DNA of 64,000 nucleotides, taken from Eledone cirrhosa (taxonomy: Eukaryota). The notes under the pieces are model-generated. The model was not told the DNA's origin. It made no database searches and saw only the letters and a program-made list of their open reading frames with translations. Position 1 is the stretch's first letter; each line of letters opens with the position of its first letter. A program made the translations under genes and the position numbers. Location of the stretch: positions 33,046,001 to 33,110,000 of the forward strand of contig OZ024757.1 of assembly GCA_964016885.1 (NCBI GenBank), in the 5' to 3' direction. This document shows, piece by piece, positions 58,090-64,000 of the stretch.

Positions 58090-58233
58090 AGATTAATAAA
58101 GATGCTGATGATACAAAAATCGCTTATTCATTATAATTATTTCAATGGTTCTCCCATGCAATCAAGATGTATTTTGTGCATTTGTTGTTATGAAATTCGA
58201 TTTTATATCTGGCAGCATATCACAAAATCGAAT

Positions 58234-58323
58234 TTCATCTGAGGATACCCTTCTCATAACAACAACAAATGTATGATTTACATCTTGATTGCATGGGAGA
58301 ACCATTGAAATAATTATAATGAA
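58234..58323 (+). ncRNA. Hammerhead motif with long stem II in fold-back element 58084-58460
   Basis: ttcat CTGAGGA [about 61 nt] GAAA taatta TA atgaa. Confidence 0.68.
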
Positions 58324-58457
58324 TAAACGATTTTTGTAACATCAGCATCTTTATTAATGTTGTTATTATACTGAATCTCCATCACAACTAAAAACTACGA
58401 ATGTTGAGAGTTTTCTCCTGCTTGCTCCTGTTTTTACCAAAACAACCTCTTTGGAAC

Positions 58458-58511
<54 letters not shown>

Positions 58512-59208
58512 AGATTAAATGAGTTGATGATACAATTGTTTACATTTTTCAAATCCTTGTGTCTGGAGTCACGAAAACATGCAGTCGGTAAATAAATATC
58601 TTTTTATATTATCTAGTGATTCTGACGATTTCTCTACAAAGGAATTAAATACTACTTCCTTCTGTATTTGAATCAAACATATGTAAATCAATTAAATAAT
58701 GTATTGAACTGTGGTTATTTGTTTATTTATTCATTCATTTATATATATATATATATATATAAAACCCATGCTAGCGTGGAAGATAGACATTAAACGATGA
58801 TGATAATGATATATATATATATATATATATATACAAACAATTTATTTAAAATTTCCCATTTACATATATTTCTCATTCTTTGCTCTGTATATATGTGTTT
58901 CTCAAATGATATATGTTTTTTCTCTTTCCACATGTTTTAAACTTATATAACTGCTGCTCTGAACTAAGGTCCACTGAGCTTTTTTACTGAGAAACATGAT
59001 CATCATAGATTTAATATGTATTTATACATTAACATAGTATATATTTGAAGATGGTGATATATAATTAATTCAAGTATGTGTTAGTTAATCACCGTCGCTT
59101 CAGTATGCAGGGTAGTAGTGCACTCAACAAAGTGCACAGAGTATATATATATATATAAACCTGAAGTATAAGTCAACAGGTTAAACTTAACATTGTTTAT
59201 TCATAGTT

Positions 59209-59267
59209 GCTGTTATATATATTTCAGTGACAATCATTATACAACAGCTATAACCTCATCAGATAGC
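59209..59267 (-). ncRNA. Hammerhead motif in inverted-repeat element about 59100-59500
   Basis: gctat CTGATGA ggt...act GAAA tatata TA acagc; the mirror arm has gctgt, which would give a perfect stem I. Confidence 0.68.
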
Positions 59268-59493
59268 TAGAATTTAAACAGAAAAAATAAACAGAAAAAA
59301 ACCCAGAAAAACATGAAGATGAAATAAAGCTTACTTCTGTTGTTTCAAGTCATTGATATGCTTTAGGTTGAAATTGGTGTTGCTTCCTCTAGCTGTCTGA
59401 TGAGGTCATAGCTGTTGCATAATGGTTATATATATATAACAGCAACTATGAATAAACAAAGTTAATTTTAAACCTGTTGACTTGTACTTCATT

Positions 59494-59527
<34 letters not shown>

Positions 59528-59531
<4 letters not shown>

Positions 59532-59696
59532 TTAATATAGATGAGATTCTACAGGACTAGAACTGTTTCATTCTTTTCTAAAGAATGAAACAGTTCTAGT
59601 CCTGTAGAATCTCATCTATATTAAAACTTTTATACTCTGCAATGTATTGAGTACCTTACTTACTGTGGTAACCTCCGATTCAACCCGGAATAACGT
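59528..59696 (+). mobile_element. Family A fold-back element truncated within hammerhead stem II
   Basis: Palindrome 59528-59628 with a 3-nt loop; forward part nearly identical to 17413-17533. Confidence 0.85.
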
Positions 59697-61021
59697 ATAT
59701 ATATATATATATATATATATATACAAATATTTATATAGATAGATAGATAGATAGAATGATAGATAACAATAATGTGTGTAATAAATAAAGGAAAAAAGAA
59801 AGAGAAAAAGATTAAATAGCGAAAGTAATAGAAATGGTTGGGGTGGAAGCTGCAGGCTATACACCCCAGGATAGGTGATGTATCTCAGCTGCACCCAGGC
59901 GACAAAATGGTGAAAGTATTACCATGGAGAACAGCCAGTGACACTTGCTGCATCAGCCACTCCACTTCATGAGGTTCCTTCCACAGACAGGACGCACTTT
60001 TCCCTAAATTGCAGGAGAAAATGGCAATTTAGGGACCAAGGACAGCAAAGGTCGTTACAGTGACCAGCATGGAAACGACGCAGTCAGTCAAATCCCAGTA
60101 TTTAAATTATCTTCCTCTCCTCCACATTACAGACAGCAATGCTTGGATTTGTGGAGGGGAATGTATCACAGGACATGGCCTCGCATAATAGAGACTTAAC
60201 CATTTGGACCCTTATTGAGATTGTTTGCCATTAACCTTCAGCATGCTCTAGGCGCCTTATGTCACCAATAGAGTAATCTCCCCTTAATACATAATGCAGT
60301 GTCAAGGGAGGCAATTCATAACAAAATTCAGCTAAAGGTTAATGTGCTAAAAGCAGTAACCTCAACTTGAAAATCTCTGTAAAGGTTTTTTTTTTAAAAA
60401 CTTTTTGTATAAAGAAACATGTTATTAAGGTTTCAGAATTTAAAACTAATTTCTGGGGTCGATAAAAATAAAGCTCCAGTCATGTACTGGAGGGTCAATA
60501 TAATCAACTTTTCCCTTCCATAATAAAAATAATAATAATTGCTTCTACTTTTTGACACAAGGCCAGCAATTATCCAGTGCTTTACTGGTACTTTATTTTA
60601 TCGACCCCGTAAGGATGAAAGGCAAAGTTAACCTCGCCGGGATTTGAACTCAGAATGGCAAGGGCCGTAACTCTATACGTCAAAGCATGGCGTCCGACCC
60701 ACTACCGATACTGCCAATCCATAATAATGGTTTCTAATTTAGGCAGAAGGCCAACAGTTTGTGGGCAGGGGAAGTTGATTATATCAACCCAGTGTATGAC
60801 TGGTACTTTATTTTATCAAGACTTGAACTCAGAACATAAAGGGCCATAACTAAATACTGCAAATCATTTTATCTGACGCTCTAACAATTCTGCTGATCCA
60901 TCGTCTTTAACAATAATAATAATTATCATTTCTTTATTTAATAATAATTATAATAATTGACAATAACAAGGACAACAACAACAACAATAATAATAATAAT
61001 AATAATAATGATAATAATAAT

Positions 61022-61420
61022 ACAGACGGACAAGAAACTGGAACACAATAGATCTGACCTGGTGGTTTTGGACAAAGAAAAAAGATTGTGCCTGATTGTG
61101 GATGTGGCCTGCCCATTCGACACGAGAGTGCAAGAGAAGGAGAGGGAGAAAATTAACCGATACCAGGACTTAAAGTGGGAGGTAAAAAGGATTTGGAACT
61201 GCCATGAAGTCAAAGTGATCCCGATTGTCATAGGCGCACTAGGGACTATCTCAAAAAGTTTCCAGGGATGGTTAAAGAAAATTGGCCCCTTCACACTTTT
61301 TGCTGGGAACAGCAAGAACCCTCCGATACGTCCTGAATATCTGAGGCTGCAGGGAGTGGCTTGATATTCATCTCAACAAACTTTCCAGTTAACTAACATC
61401 AATGACTGAGACTCAAAGAG
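61022..61420 (+). mobile_element. R4/Dong-clade LINE 3' end in (TAA)n
   Basis: HNRSDLVV...IVDVACP...EKINRYQDL...VIPIVIGALG; (TAA)n on both sides. Confidence 0.85.
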
Positions 61421-63473
61421 TAATAACAATAATAATAATAATAATAATGCTAGGTTTTATTTTTGTTATATTTTGTTATTATTAACACACATTAAAGATC
61501 TAATATGCAAATTAATGTGCGTTTGTATAAATGACTATATAAATGTGTGCGCGCGCGTGCCAGTGTATTTGTGTTTGCTTGGAGAGTGACAAAGAAAATT
61601 CAGAAGGCTTGTTTCTGACCAATATTTCAAGAGCAAACATTAATTACTTTTGAAGACGTGAGAGTCCCAGAGATGAGGCACAGTGGGCCAAAAGTGAGAC
61701 CGCTTGTGGGGTGGCGATGGGAGCGTGATTTGCACCAGTTATAATGATTTCTTTATTAGCCCCACAGGGCTCACATTAAGGAAACATTAAAGATGACACA
61801 AAACAATGTAGTGTGGGTTTTCCTTTGTGTAAAATAAAATTTATAAAAGAGACTAAGAAAATAAACATTTAAAACAAACAACAAATTCCCCAAAAGTGAG
61901 GAGACTCTAAGAGTCATTCGTGTAGAAATCCCAGAAAAGTCATGGTCACCCTGTCCACTAGGGCAATGTGCCCTCACCAGTTATAATGTTAATCTACAAT
62001 ACAGCTACTACAAGTCAAAGCTGAAGCATTTAGACAATATGCTCCCACTGCAAAATGGTTGTGGAGGTGTCATGACAAAAAAGTACCCAGCCCACACTGT
62101 CAATTGGTCGTGTAGGCGCCACGGTAAAAAAGCATCCAGCACTCACTGTAAATGAGCTTGGTGTCAGGAAGGGCATCCAGCTGTAGAAATCAGGCCATAA
62201 TCAGTTCCCGTATGAGCAAGATAAAGTCACCTGCCCTGGCATGGCCCGCAACAGGACAACCTGCCTAACCCATGCTAGCGTGGAAGAATGGATGTAAAAC
62301 GGTGGTGATGATGATGATGATATTTCTATCAAAATAAATACACATGTGATAGTATGTGGGATATGTGAATTAGTACAAAATTGTCGGAAGAGGGGGACAA
62401 CAAATTTCTGTTTCAAATTTCCCTTAATTAGTCACAAAATTATTTTATTGTGTACCATTGAAAAGTAGTTTGCGGGCCGCCTGTTTGAAGAAACCCCTGC
62501 TATACACAATGTATACAATGTATATAATACTATACACAAAGTATATATAATATTGTATAGAGTATATAAAGATTTATGGCTGGAAGTAAATTCTTTTGTT
62601 CCTGTTATAATTCTGCGCTGGCGCGAAAGTAACATCTTGTTAGTTGTTTCAATGGCATCACTTTTAATAATCTGCTGGTATTTCTTCTTAGTCACAGATC
62701 CACCAACAAGTCTCACAACAAGGCCGACAACAGGTACGTTGTACCACTCCTTGTAATACCATCCCTTGACAACCCTGTAGATGTATACACATACATACAC
62801 ACATACATACACATACATGGAGATGCATGTATACACATAAATATGCATGCATACATACATACATATATGCATGTATACATACATACATATATGCATGTAT
62901 ACATACATAGATACATATATGCATGTATACATACATACACATGCACACACATATACACATATATATATATACACACACATACTCATGTATATATATACAT
63001 ATATATACAGATGATGATGTGTATGTGTGCATATATATGTATATGCACACATACACATATAAACATGTATACACACACATATACATGTATATATATATAT
63101 ACACACACATGTATATGCACACATACACACGCATGTGTATATATACACACACATACACACACGTGTATATACACACATACACATATAAACATGTATACAC
63201 ACACATATATACATGTATATGCTCATATAGACACATATATGCATGCATACATACACATACATATATATGCACATATACACATACAAGCATACATACACAT
63301 ACAAGTATACATACACATATAAACAGAAATACATATGTATACATACACAAAGCACACATTACACACACACACATATACATATATATATACAAATAAAAGG
63401 CAGAGTTAACTCATATTGATACCCTGTAATTAACAAGATCAAAGAATAAATACTGAGCATTATATAATAATAG

Positions 63474-63664
63474 GACGGTGAACTGGCAGTATCGGTAGAG
63501 GGTCGGACACCATGCTTTGACGCATAGAGTTACGGCCCTTGCCATTCTGAGTTCAAATCCCGCCAAGGTTAACTTTGCCTTTAATCATTATGGGGTCGAT
63601 AAAATAGAGTACCAGTAATACACTGGGTACTTGCTGGCCTTGTGCCAAAAGTAGAAACAATTAT
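63474..63664 (+). mobile_element. tRNA-related SINE family 3 (also 28681-28870, 40890-41098, 57401-57591 and 60537-60720 on -; 908-1060 and 3684-3850 on +)
   Basis: GAGTTCAAATCCC B box followed by CTTTGCCTTTCATCC..GGGGTCGATAAAATAAAGTACCAG. Confidence 0.8.
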
Positions 63665-63675
63665 ATAATAATATG

Positions 63676-63745
63676 TGTAGTAATAAACACAGTAAATCGT
63701 GTGTCTAAAATTTTAGACACATGATTTACTGTGTTTATTACTACA
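63676..63745. repeat. 70-bp loopless palindrome
   Basis: Centre ctaaaa|ttttag; one mismatch. Confidence 0.85.
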
Positions 63746-63765
63746 TATATATATATATATATATA

Positions 63766-64000
63766 CAGGGTGCAGACGATATTTGTTCACAAGATTAATG
63801 TCTAGGAAAAAATAACACAGTAGTTTTATTTTTTAAGATATGTTTATCAAACTTGGGTGAGTTTGTCTTCATAACTTGTTCTTTCGATCTCACTCGATAA
63901 ACCCGCCATTGGCTTTGATGATGGCCTCAAGGCGGCCTTGGAACCGGCTACAGGCCTTCGTCACTGTCCCCCGACTTAGGCCCCTAAAGGCACTTGTGAT
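63766..64000 (-). mobile_element. Second maT copy, cut by window edge
   Basis: Same TIR after (TA)n; colinear with 32931-33165. Confidence 0.93.

Noticed and set aside
59860-60300. GC-richer unique stretch as a further exon
   Set aside because: No open frame with splice sites or recognisable motif found by eye.

Overview
AT-rich, repeat-saturated animal genomic DNA. The SINE, LINE and (TA)n landscape resembles an Octopus-type cephalopod (inference). One host gene is supported on the + strand, encoding a secreted VWA-domain protein: signal-peptide exon 36816-36869, 16-nt microexon 55263-55278 and VWA exon 56719-57291. Its 3' end was not found. The window also has a near-intact DD37D/maT transposon (32931-34237) and the end of a second copy, a decayed Tigger/pogo-type transposase, TTAA-flanked piggyBac-like MITEs, tRNA-derived SINEs, and fragments of RTE, CR1, R4/Dong and other LINEs. 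The main unexplained signal is more than 20 short non-coding elements, from about ten dissimilar families, embedded in (TA)n tracts. Many are fold-back palindromes with a one-sided tail, and many carry a type I hammerhead ribozyme motif (about 16 motifs folded by eye). Several share a small (TAT)ACTC-N-GAGTRY hairpin at the arm/tail boundary. They look like Penelope-like pseudo-LTR mini-elements. Nearly all ORFs in the supplied track are microsatellite artefacts. All folds and alignments were done by eye.
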